The notes under the pieces were generated by a model that saw only the letters and a list, made by a program, of their open reading frames with translations, had not been told where the DNA came from and searched no databases. 64,000 bases of DNA from a virus (Duplodnaviria > Heunggongvirae > Uroviricota > Caudoviricetes), in the IMG/VR virus record IMGVR_UViG_3300042293_000433; one strand, 5' to 3'. Below are positions 55,819 to 64,000 of this stretch, piece after piece; position 1 is the first letter of the stretch, and each line of letters begins with the position of its first letter. The position numbers were made by a program, and so were the translations under genes.

Positions 55819-56538
55819 TTATTTTGTGTAAATACCTTTTTTAATCATTCTACCCAATATTCTTGCACACGCAATATCCAATGCCTTTTTAGTTGCTATT
55901 GAAATTGTTGATTGATTGAATTTAACTTCATCAATCGTTGCATCTGAAAGAAAAGTTAATTCTCTTTTAGTTGTTGCTTCTCCTAATCCACTTGCTGCAA
56001 ATATCTCACCTGTTTCTGCATCGGTAAAACGAACTTGTAAACCAATACGAGTAACCACCATATTTTTAACACCATTACTTAAATTTACTGTCTCATCTTC
56101 TGATACTGAATAATCATAACATTCTATCTCTACGAAATAATGTGCTAATCTAATTTTACCCCTACCATCGAGCTTATCTTGCGATATACCGCTCTGCGAT
56201 GCTTGAAACTGCTTAACCATGCGATTTTTAATTTCAGTTTTATCTTCTGTAAATGTAAATCTATTAAGATTACTAAGATACTCCAATGTAATATTAGCCA
56301 CACCGAGACCGACACGTTTTTCTTTAAGTTCCGGATATTGTTCGTACATTTCTTCACTTATACCACATTTTAAAATTTGAATTGGAATGGTAGGCCCGTC
56401 ATAATCCATATATTGGCTTATGTCCACTTTGGTTTCAAAACTTGCTTTGTATTGTTCTGTTTTAGTTGAACCTATATTCTGACTACTTGCAACAAGACTT
56501 ACCAAACAAAAACTTAATAAAACGAATAAACTTTTCAT
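55819..56538 (-). CDS. secreted hypothetical protein
   Basis: 239 aa; signal peptide MKSLFVLLSFCLVSLVASSQ. Confidence 0.5.
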   Translation of the reverse strand: MKSLFVLLSFCLVSLVASSQNIGSTKTEQYKASFETKVDISQYMDYDGPTIPIQILKCGISEEMYEQYPELKEKRVGLGVANITLEYLSNLNRFTFTEDKTEIKNRMVKQFQASQSGISQDKLDGRGKIRLAHYFVEIECYDYSVSEDETVNLSNGVKNMVVTRIGLQVRFTDAETGEIFAASGLGEATTKRELTFLSDATIDEVKFNQSTISIATKKALDIACARILGRMIKKGIYTK

Positions 56539-56581
56539 ACATTCTTACTTTTTATATAAATATAGAATTTTATCATTATAA

Positions 56582-56611
56582 ATAAAAAACCCCCACCGAT
56601 TAAGTGGGGGT
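56582..56611 (-). terminator. rho-independent terminator (minus strand)
   Basis: stem cccccac/gtggggg, loop cgattaa, then UUUUUU on minus RNA; 3' of lipoprotein gene. Confidence 0.6.
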
Positions 56612-56629
56612 TATCATATTATTTTGTTA

Positions 56630-57832
56630 TTAATTACCTTTTGTTGGAAATCTAGTCCAACCACTAATCCATATTGGTTTGGATAATATTTCCATTTCAG
56701 CTTTTGTATAAGATACTTGTTTGTTACCTTCTGATAAAGCTTTTGCCTTCATATCAGCTGCAGTAAATACAATTGATGTTGATTTGAAATTTAATAATGG
56801 GTCATACGCCTGAACCTCATTGTTTTGGAATTTACTTACACCATCTTTATATGCTTGTGCAGTTTCATTACTTTCCATTGAGAATCCCCCTTTTTGATAT
56901 CCAACAATCTTTGAGTTAGTAATTGTGAATTGAGTTGCTCTCCTCCATCTTAAACCTAAATTATGGTTTGCTAATGAAGCCACATCAAATGGTCCAACTA
57001 AAATCATATTATCTAATTTAGGATGTGTAAATGGTTGTGCAGATGTACCTGTTCCATCATTATCACATTCTACACCATTTCCAGCATCACCAGCATCTAC
57101 GAATTGTGGGTCTCTCTTTGAAACTGAATACGATACTGAACCTCTATATCCAAAATCAAAATCGTAATCATCATCCGCAGTTGCATAAGCGTATAAGTTT
57201 TTTGCATTTACAGTTCCACCAAAAAATTCAAATGCATCATCGTTAGCGTAAATAGTTTGAACATTCTCAATGATTGTCCCACTACCAACTCCACCTAATG
57301 TTAGTGCGTTGATTTCAGAGTTTGGCATTGCTGCGATACCAGCGTATTCAATTCTTACATATTTTAGAACACCACTATTATCCAAATCGTTAGTACCACC
57401 ATAAGGTCTACCAATACCACCTTCAATAGTTGGTTCGGAAGTTCTATTAGTAGTTGCTCTACCTAACAATACAACACCACCCCAATCACCAGGTGTTCTT
57501 TCACCAACTGCTTTACCTGATGTAAATACAATTGGTTTTGTAGAAGTTCCCTCTGCAATTAGTTGTGCACCTCTTTCAATAATTAGTGCACCTTTCTCTG
57601 CAATATCAGAAACAATTGTTGTACCCGGTTGGATAATAAGTTTAGCACCATCGGTTACATAAACATATCCTTTTAATGTCCATGTCTTGTCCGATGTTAA
57701 AGTTGTTGTTGTGTTAATGTTTCCACTTAATGTTGTTGTAGTTGGAACATTGATAGGCGTTACATCGCCACCTAATTCTTTTTTGCAGCTGAATAATCCT
57801 AATACCAAAATAAGCCCTAATAATTTTTTCAT
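56630..57832 (-). CDS. lipoprotein
   Basis: 400 aa; signal plus lipobox LFSCKK; Gly/Thr-rich; stop/start overlap with upstream TonB-dependent receptor (SusC/SusD-like gene order). Confidence 0.55.
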   Translation of the reverse strand: MKKLLGLILVLGLFSCKKELGGDVTPINVPTTTTLSGNINTTTTLTSDKTWTLKGYVYVTDGAKLIIQPGTTIVSDIAEKGALIIERGAQLIAEGTSTKPIVFTSGKAVGERTPGDWGGVVLLGRATTNRTSEPTIEGGIGRPYGGTNDLDNSGVLKYVRIEYAGIAAMPNSEINALTLGGVGSGTIIENVQTIYANDDAFEFFGGTVNAKNLYAYATADDDYDFDFGYRGSVSYSVSKRDPQFVDAGDAGNGVECDNDGTGTSAQPFTHPKLDNMILVGPFDVASLANHNLGLRWRRATQFTITNSKIVGYQKGGFSMESNETAQAYKDGVSKFQNNEVQAYDPLLNFKSTSIVFTAADMKAKALSEGNKQVSYTKAEMEILSKPIWISGWTRFPTKGN

Positions 57833-60108
57833 AGATTCAAATTTAATGTTAAAGAAATTGTTCGTTCGTTGTTTGTTTTTATCAAATTTCGGTTTTGTAA
57901 CTTTTGATAATAGATTGATGGTTGACCTAACACATCACCTATTGCCAATTTTATTTCACCTTTATTTAATTTATGTAAAAGGGTAACATCCAATACATCT
58001 CTGCTGTTTTCAAAAATGTCTGGATAACCCTGAAATCCTATTGCTGATATTCTATCTCCTACTCTATTGTAAGTTATGTTAAGTGTGTTTTTCTTTTTAT
58101 GTATATTCACGCCACCATTTAATACATAGTTTGATTGTCCTTGTAATTGTCTTTTAACTCCTTTCACGTTTACTTCCGAATTCATTACCGAAGCGTTTGT
58201 ATAAAAATCAAACCATTCAGTTACCTTTTTACGAAATTCTAATTCAACACCATAAAGATATGCGTTATCAGGATTTGAGTAAGTTAATAATAAGTTTGAT
58301 GGAACTGAACCATCAGCTACTACTTGCTCAATTGGTTTTATGAAGTTCTTACCAAATAGGGATACTGAAATATTCTCTCCTACTTTTGGATATAACTCCC
58401 ATTTCAAATCTAAATTATATATGTCAGATTTTTCCAATTTAGGATTACCCAATAATTGTGCGTTTCTTACAAAATCATAATAAGCAAAATTAGCTACTTC
58501 TCTAAACTCCGGCCTTGCTAATGTTTTACTTAATGAAAATCTATACTTCGTTTTTTCTAAATTGTATGAAAGATTTAATGATGGTAATACATCCAAATAC
58601 TCTCTATTAACTTTAACTTTACTTCCACTAAAATCTGCGGTAGATACATCAAATAAATTATATTCGGTTCTAACACCCGTATTTAATTTCCATAAACCAA
58701 ATTCTTTATCCAACATTACATACCCACTACCTAAATCAAAATCAGCAGTGTATTTGTCTGTGTTGTTTGTTATCTCGTCTAACATATCAGTTGAAAGATA
58801 ACGAAATATTCTTGCGTTAAATCCTCTAATTTTTTTTAAGTAACCACCACCAATCTTAATATCACCAAATGATTTGTTAATGTTACCACTAAAAGAGTTT
58901 TCATCCATCACACTCCAAAAACGATATGTATCTCTCCATGCGGTAGCATAGGGTTCGTTTACTCCCAATGATTTTGTAATTGGATTAACTCTATAATCAG
59001 GTTGCTCTCTAAAGATAAAATTGTATCCTAAATTAAAATCCCAAGTTTTAAGTTTACCATCAAATTGAGAATTAACTACAATGTTGTTTATATGGTTAGA
59101 TGAATTACTATGAACATTTTGAACATTATCATAGTTCTCACCATTTCTATTCATATAAGAATCATCAGCTTGATAGTTCACTAATGTTTTCCAACTATAT
59201 CGGTTCTCACCTAAATAAGTTAAATTCAATAAACCATTTGCGGAAAATCTTTTTGTATATAATGTATCTTTATAATCGTATGCTAATTCAGTTGAGGATT
59301 GATAATCTATTCTATCTATGTAATTTAATCCATATGAGTTTCTAATAGTTGAACTGAATAAAGCATTGAATTTATTTTTCTTTACACCAAATGATAAACC
59401 ACCATTTAAGTTTGGAGATGAATTAAATCCATCTACTATTGGATTACTAAATTGCTTTGTATATAATCTTTTATCACCATTACTACTAACTCTATATCCG
59501 TATGTAGATGGGAATGTGGAAGGGAATTCAGTAGCTTGAACTAACTTAAAATCCTTTAAAGTTGAAACCAAACCCCAACCACTTCCCAATGAGATATTGA
59601 AGAAATTATCGGAAACTTCTTTTGTTGTAATTTGTACCAAGCCACCACTCCAATCTCCTGGTTGATTTGCTGATGCTGATTTAGCAACTATAATATTATC
59701 AATTAAAGCTGTTGGAATTATATCAAATGAAAATGCTCTCCTATCAGGTTCAGTTGATGGTAGGAGTGTTTTGTTTAGGATAGCCGAATTGTATCTATCT
59801 GCTAATCCTCTTACTAATACAAACTTATCGTTTTGTATTGTTACACCACTTACTCTTTTAAGTGCATCACCTACATTTCTGTCAGGTGTTTTTTTAATAA
59901 ATTCTATGGATACACCATCAGAAACTACCGATGAATTTCGGATAGTTGTTATTACTGCTACTTCGGTAATTTTCTTACCCGCTGAACGAACTGTAACTGT
60001 TGTTAGTTTTTTTGAAAATAGAGTGTCTTGTGAAAATGATATAAATGGTAAGGATAAAAGGACAAATAAAAATACTCTCATAAACATATTAGGGTTTGTT
60101 TTCCCCAA
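57829..60108 (-). CDS. TonB-dependent outer-membrane receptor
   Basis: 759 aa; signal peptide; plug-domain-like N-terminus (DRNVGDALKRVSGV...VRGLADRYNS...FDIIPTALIDNIIV) then long beta-barrel-like region with aromatic-rich C-terminus. Confidence 0.65.
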   Translation of the reverse strand: MGKTNPNMFMRVFLFVLLSLPFISFSQDTLFSKKLTTVTVRSAGKKITEVAVITTIRNSSVVSDGVSIEFIKKTPDRNVGDALKRVSGVTIQNDKFVLVRGLADRYNSAILNKTLLPSTEPDRRAFSFDIIPTALIDNIIVAKSASANQPGDWSGGLVQITTKEVSDNFFNISLGSGWGLVSTLKDFKLVQATEFPSTFPSTYGYRVSSNGDKRLYTKQFSNPIVDGFNSSPNLNGGLSFGVKKNKFNALFSSTIRNSYGLNYIDRIDYQSSTELAYDYKDTLYTKRFSANGLLNLTYLGENRYSWKTLVNYQADDSYMNRNGENYDNVQNVHSNSSNHINNIVVNSQFDGKLKTWDFNLGYNFIFREQPDYRVNPITKSLGVNEPYATAWRDTYRFWSVMDENSFSGNINKSFGDIKIGGGYLKKIRGFNARIFRYLSTDMLDEITNNTDKYTADFDLGSGYVMLDKEFGLWKLNTGVRTEYNLFDVSTADFSGSKVKVNREYLDVLPSLNLSYNLEKTKYRFSLSKTLARPEFREVANFAYYDFVRNAQLLGNPKLEKSDIYNLDLKWELYPKVGENISVSLFGKNFIKPIEQVVADGSVPSNLLLTYSNPDNAYLYGVELEFRKKVTEWFDFYTNASVMNSEVNVKGVKRQLQGQSNYVLNGGVNIHKKKNTLNITYNRVGDRISAIGFQGYPDIFENSRDVLDVTLLHKLNKGEIKLAIGDVLGQPSIYYQKLQNRNLIKTNNERTISLTLNLNL

Positions 60109-60162
60109 TAACTATGAGAGTATTTTAATTAAATATTAAGTATTAGATTAACTTTATGTTAA

Positions 60163-60426
60163 CTATCCTAATTCTTCTTCCTTCTTAGGTTCTTCTGCTT
60201 TTTTACTAGTAAATTTATCCAAAGTATCTGCACCCATACCGATAGCAGTAATTACCATTACGGCATTTACTAATTCAGCGGCTGGTTTGAAATGGTCTTC
60301 GGAAAATGAATTAGCCAACATTGTACCACATAAGAATAACGCACCTACGAATGCGATTACTGGTTTTACGGAAATTGAACCCCTTTCATCTTTGAAAATT
60401 TCAATTGCCCACTCTTTAAATGTCAT
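60163..60426 (-). CDS. small 2-TM protein, holin-like
   Basis: 87 aa; two hydrophobic helices and charged C-terminal tail KKAEEPKKEEELG. Confidence 0.35.
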   Translation of the reverse strand: MTFKEWAIEIFKDERGSISVKPVIAFVGALFLCGTMLANSFSEDHFKPAAELVNAVMVITAIGMGADTLDKFTSKKAEEPKKEEELG

Positions 60427-60476
60427 AATTACTCCCTTTATTTTTTTGTTATGATTACTTTTTATTTAATACCCTA

Positions 60477-60830
60477 TTACCATTTTGGTGCATCTTCCTT
60501 AAACTCATCACCTTCTTTCTTTTTAGGTTTTGGTGCTGCTGCTGCAGGAGTTGCATTTTTTTCTTTGATAATTACAGTTTTAGTTCCACCACCTGCTGCT
60601 TGTTGTTGAGCCGGTATGTTAATGTTGATTGATTGTGGTTGAACCTGCTTATCACTATCTTTTGGTTTTTGTAAGTAGGACATTAAGAATGTACCACCAC
60701 CCACTACCAATGTACTAACTGTACCTATAAGAGTTTTTTTCAAACCACTCATTGTACCATCATTATGTTTTTCGTTTTTAGCCATTGCAGCTTCTTCCGA
60801 TGTCTTTGTTGTTTTTGTTGCCTTTGCCAT
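60477..60830 (-). CDS. single-pass membrane protein, Ala/Lys-rich
   Basis: 117-aa ORF. Confidence 0.4.
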   Translation of the reverse strand: MAKATKTTKTSEEAAMAKNEKHNDGTMSGLKKTLIGTVSTLVVGGGTFLMSYLQKPKDSDKQVQPQSININIPAQQQAAGGGTKTVIIKEKNATPAAAAPKPKKKEGDEFKEDAPKW

Positions 60831-60831
60831 A

Positions 60832-61200
60832 TTATATTTTATTAAAGTCTGTTATTCCTAATTGATTTCCTTTATCATCAAACAATGCAATTCTATATGC
60901 AGATGATGGTAATGCTGATGTATATACTTTTAATATATTGTCACCAACTTTTACTTCACTTGTTGATTTAGATACTACTCTATTTGAGATATCGAATATT
61001 TTTATTGTTACCGTTTGTGCTGTTTCACTTTTAACATTCATTGCTACTTGTGATGTTACAAAGGGTGATTCTAATTTAATACCACTTACACTATTAATTG
61101 CCAATTCAGATGGTACTTGATTTATTATAGTTGGTATATCTACCTTTCTGCATCCGATAAATGTTATAGCTACCAATGCTATTAAAATTGTTTTTTTCAT
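60832..61200 (-). CDS. small lipoprotein
   Basis: 122 aa; lipobox FIGCRK. Confidence 0.45.
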   Translation of the reverse strand: MKKTILIALVAITFIGCRKVDIPTIINQVPSELAINSVSGIKLESPFVTSQVAMNVKSETAQTVTIKIFDISNRVVSKSTSEVKVGDNILKVYTSALPSSAYRIALFDDKGNQLGITDFNKI

Positions 61201-61201
61201 T

Positions 61202-61546
61202 TTACTTTACTATTATTGTTGTTTTACCTACTTTATTTTTACTCTCATCTTCCAATAACAAATATAAATATTTAATTTCTAGTGTATTAGTGTATATTTT
61301 CTTTTTATTTATTCCAATTTGTCCTTTAAATCTTTCTCTTGTCAAAACTTGGTTGGTTGTACTATCACCTATTGTTAGAGTATATACACCATTTTTAGTT
61401 AAATCAAATTGTATTTCTTGTCCGTTTTCAACACTACTTTGTGCAACACTAAATATTTTTACATTTTCAGGAGGTGGAGTTGGTATAACTTCTACCTTCT
61501 TACATGCGGCTAAACTTAAACACAATATGAATAATATTTTTTTCAT
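61202..61546 (-). CDS. small lipoprotein
   Basis: 114 aa; lipobox LAACKK. Confidence 0.45.
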   Translation of the reverse strand: MKKILFILCLSLAACKKVEVIPTPPPENVKIFSVAQSSVENGQEIQFDLTKNGVYTLTIGDSTTNQVLTRERFKGQIGINKKKIYTNTLEIKYLYLLLEDESKNKVGKTTIIVK

Positions 61547-62451
61547 TAAAATTGAAAGTTTGTTCCTACCATAAATAGAATTGGGTTACTCTTTTTATAT
61601 CCAACCGATTCACTCAATTTATCCCAAGTTGTGTTATATCTGATGTTAGTATTCAATACAAATCTTTTAGTTATTTTCCAATCAATAGATGTACCATAAT
61701 ATAAGTCCAAATTGAAATCATCTACATACGCTAAATCCGATTCAGTACCATCTTTAAATACTTTATAAACATCACTCATTGCAAATATTTGTGGTGATAC
61801 GTTTACTCTTTTTGTTTTTAGTGTATACGTGTACATCACCATACCTCTATAAGTAAGTTCAGATGATGCTGGCATTTGTGGATATATTAAATCTTTAAAA
61901 TCACCGTTTTCGTCCACAGTATATTTTCCTTCCCATTCACCTTGATAAGTTCCCCAAAATGATTTTGATGCTGTTAAACTATAACCAAATGTCCCATATT
62001 TTTTTGTTCTAAACACATCTATAAACGATAGTGTAATATCTTTTTGGAAATCAAAATCAGTTGAGTAAAATGTTTGGATTGTAGTTGTTCTTTTTTCTGT
62101 GTTTCTACTAAGACCATAACCCACACCATAATAATTCCATATAGGATTTATTGATGCTGCAAATGAATGACCCCATTGACCATTTAAAGACGATTTATGG
62201 TATCCTAAATTAAGTGTAGTTGATATTTGCTTTCCAATAATTCCTACTGAAAGGTTTGATGATGAAAGAACATCTTTTGAAAAATTAACATAGGATTGTA
62301 ATATACCCACATCGTTCCAATCATCACTTTCTCCAAATAATTCTTTTGGTGATAATTGTAATGTATCGGGTTTTTGTATCTGTGCGTTTGTAACAAATGT
62401 TGTCAAAATTAGTGACAAAACTAATAGTATTTTTTTCATTAGTTTAATCAT
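61546..62451 (-). CDS. outer-membrane beta-barrel-like protein
   Basis: 301 aa; signal peptide ending TNAQ; alternating aromatic pattern, C-terminal NFQF. Confidence 0.5.
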   Translation of the reverse strand: MIKLMKKILLVLSLILTTFVTNAQIQKPDTLQLSPKELFGESDDWNDVGILQSYVNFSKDVLSSSNLSVGIIGKQISTTLNLGYHKSSLNGQWGHSFAASINPIWNYYGVGYGLSRNTEKRTTTIQTFYSTDFDFQKDITLSFIDVFRTKKYGTFGYSLTASKSFWGTYQGEWEGKYTVDENGDFKDLIYPQMPASSELTYRGMVMYTYTLKTKRVNVSPQIFAMSDVYKVFKDGTESDLAYVDDFNLDLYYGTSIDWKITKRFVLNTNIRYNTTWDKLSESVGYKKSNPILFMVGTNFQF

Positions 62452-62704
62452 TTAAGTATTGTTTACAAACATCACAACCACATTTTTCTCTTACCTTTTT
62501 CCAATCAATATCTCCACAAACATCTTCAAATCTATGATTTATTTCACGATGGTCGTGAATGTACCTTATTGCTTTATCGGTAAGTCCCATCCACATATCA
62601 CATCTTGAAGCGTTGCCATCACCACCAGAACTATACATTCTTACCTCATTTTTATTACAATCTGAACAATGAAATATTATTCCGTCTCCGTTTTTCTTTG
62701 GCAT
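62444..62704 (-). CDS. Cys/His-rich small protein
   Basis: 86 aa; HCSDCNK, CDMW, CGCDVCKQY. Confidence 0.4.
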   Translation of the reverse strand: MPKKNGDGIIFHCSDCNKNEVRMYSSGGDGNASRCDMWMGLTDKAIRYIHDHREINHRFEDVCGDIDWKKVREKCGCDVCKQYLND

Positions 62705-62717
62705 AATTTTCTCCTTT

Positions 62718-64000
62718 TTATTTCATTCTAATTTTTAATGTTGTTCCTGCTTTATTAACTGCATCCATAAATCCAACCGAAACCAATCCCAATATATTAT
62801 CCAATTTTGTTTTAGTTGTAAATGTAATTTTATATTCCGTTGTATTATTCAAAACACCACCATCGGTAATTAATGAACCAAAATTTACATATGTTCCTTT
62901 ATCCGTTCCGTAGTTAGTTGGTGAACCTATTGTTTTATAAGATACATTCATAAACTTTAACAAACTATTATCATAATTTAAGTGTAATTGAGTTCCTACT
63001 AATTCTTGTTGTAGTGGGTCTATTGTAATATATGCATAAACACTATCACCCATTATTTCAGTTATGATTGATGCGTTGATTTCGTTTGATATTGATAAAC
63101 TCATTGTTTTAATACCCATACTTCTAACCGAATTGCTTGCGGTTGTATTAATCACAGGTATTGCTGAATGTGAAAGGTTTACATCACCTCTCCAACTTAC
63201 ACTAACATTATATGTGTTATTAAGTGTTCCAGTATTTAAACTGAATGGATATAAACTTCTCGTTGAATTGAATTGTGTATTCCAATTTGATTTTGTAATC
63301 CCATCATATTCCGATTTACCATATAGTTTCATCAAATATGTTAGGGTTGAATATTGTGTAAGTGATTCTACACCTGTTAAGTGTTGTAATAATTTATATG
63401 TATCTGCTTCATTAAATAAACCATCACCCGTTACATCTGCGTTCATATACTGAATACCATATCCAAATTCATTACCTGTTTCATTGCCAAATAATCCACG
63501 ATTTGATAATTCTTTAAATGCCAAATATACATCTGCAACACCAACGATACTACTATACAATGTGTTTAAATCCGTTTGATTAGTATATGATAAATCAATT
63601 CCATGTTGTTTGAATGCCAATATTGGTGAGAAAGTAAATTCGGCTCTAGTTCCATACCAACCATCTTGTAATCTTAATTGAGCTTGAAATGTTGATGAAG
63701 TTATTTTGGTTGTTAAATTACCAGGCATTACATATGTTTTCCACCAACCACTTACACTATAAACACTAACAGGCCCATCGTATATATCAAATAATTTAAT
63801 TGATGTTATATCGTTTGGAGATACTCCTGTTCCATCAAATTCTCTTTCATCTATTAATAATTGATGCCCACCTAAATTTGCATCATATGGATTTATTATT
63901 GCCCATTCAACTTGTCCGGCCGCCGTTGTTGCTTTAATACCACCACCACTCACCTTTAAGGTATCTAAATCATTTGTAATATCCGTTTTACCTAATCCAC
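62718..64000 (-). CDS. large surface/structural-like protein (5'-partial; N-terminus beyond window end)
   Basis: frame stays open upstream of the GTG reported at 63953 (…TDITNDLDTLKVSGGGIKATTAAG…); contains dockerin/EF-hand-like ADVTGDGLFNEADTYKLL. Confidence 0.5.
   Translation of the reverse strand, partial: GLGKTDITNDLDTLKVSGGGIKATTAAGQVEWAIINPYDANLGGHQLLIDEREFDGTGVSPNDITSIKLFDIYDGPVSVYSVSGWWKTYVMPGNLTTKITSSTFQAQLRLQDGWYGTRAEFTFSPILAFKQHGIDLSYTNQTDLNTLYSSIVGVADVYLAFKELSNRGLFGNETGNEFGYGIQYMNADVTGDGLFNEADTYKLLQHLTGVESLTQYSTLTYLMKLYGKSEYDGITKSNWNTQFNSTRSLYPFSLNTGTLNNTYNVSVSWRGDVNLSHSAIPVINTTASNSVRSMGIKTMSLSISNEINASIITEIMGDSVYAYITIDPLQQELVGTQLHLNYDNSLLKFMNVSYKTIGSPTNYGTDKGTYVNFGSLITDGGVLNNTTEYKITFTTKTKLDNILGLVSVGFMDAVNKAGTTLKIRMK

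Noticed and set aside
60163-60426. Confident holin/lysis cassette call
   Set aside because: The 2-TM protein with a charged tail is holin-like, but no endolysin is adjacent and the nearest 3D-domain candidate is 45 kb away. It is kept only as a low-confidence feature.
1-64000. Alternative genetic code (TAG or TGA recoding as in some Bacteroidota megaphages)
   Set aside because: With the standard code the ORFs tile the minus strand almost without gaps, and conserved domains such as the ligase, HldA/HldC and glycosyltransferases are uninterrupted, so recoding is not needed.

Overview
This is an AT-rich (~28-30% GC), densely packed 64-kb window. Every supportable gene lies on the minus strand: about 110 ORFs, many short, frequently with overlapping stop/start codons (ATGA or TAATG type). 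Intrinsic (hairpin plus T-run) terminators are present, so transcription is bacterial- or phage-style. The window looks like part of a large (jumbo) phage or prophage of an AT-rich Bacteroidota-type host. Phage-like recognisable genes are an ATP-dependent DNA ligase (KxDG), a Cas4-like PD-(D/E)XK nuclease, an HTH-HNH endonuclease, a secreted DRGH non-specific nuclease, a MoxR/CobS-like AAA+ ATPase next to a vWA (CobT-like) protein, an SPFH/band-7 protein, ImmA/IrrE and HExxH peptidases, two SWIM zinc-finger proteins, a 3D-domain protein and a holin-like protein. There is also a large glycobiology toolkit: a split ADP-heptose pathway with an HldA-like heptose-7-P kinase and an HldC-like adenylyltransferase, about 8 paralogous SGNH/GDSL hydrolases, three GT10-like fucosyltransferase-family paralogs, GT2 and GT4 glycosyltransferases, HAD phosphatases, a cupin and a 2x[4Fe-4S] ferredoxin. 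Host-like envelope genes also occur: lipobox lipoproteins including an FG-GAP repeat protein, a TonB-dependent receptor followed by a lipoprotein, FeoA, and signal-peptide outer-membrane proteins. Their position in the rightmost ~11 kb (53-64 kb) may mark a phage/host junction, or they may be phage-carried; I cannot decide from sequence alone. Directly visible non-coding structure includes a conserved upstream motif (sense TCGTAT[C/A]TTTA) before at least 8 genes, and a 22-bp palindromic operator-like element (sense CYTAACYAATTGATWATCAATG) present 6 times in 4 long intergenic regions. A 73-bp 5' leader is duplicated before the ligase gene and before a small gene 9 kb away. A six-member hypervariable small-protein family sharing the N-terminus MLTIKNI(D/E)K has about 22 nt of identical DNA at its starts. 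There are also six rho-independent terminators, a tRNA-like T-arm fragment, and Ala/Pro/Lys-Glu low-complexity tandem repeats inside one ORF. No CRISPR array, rRNA or complete tRNA was seen. All functional calls are from motif recognition by eye; no database search was possible.
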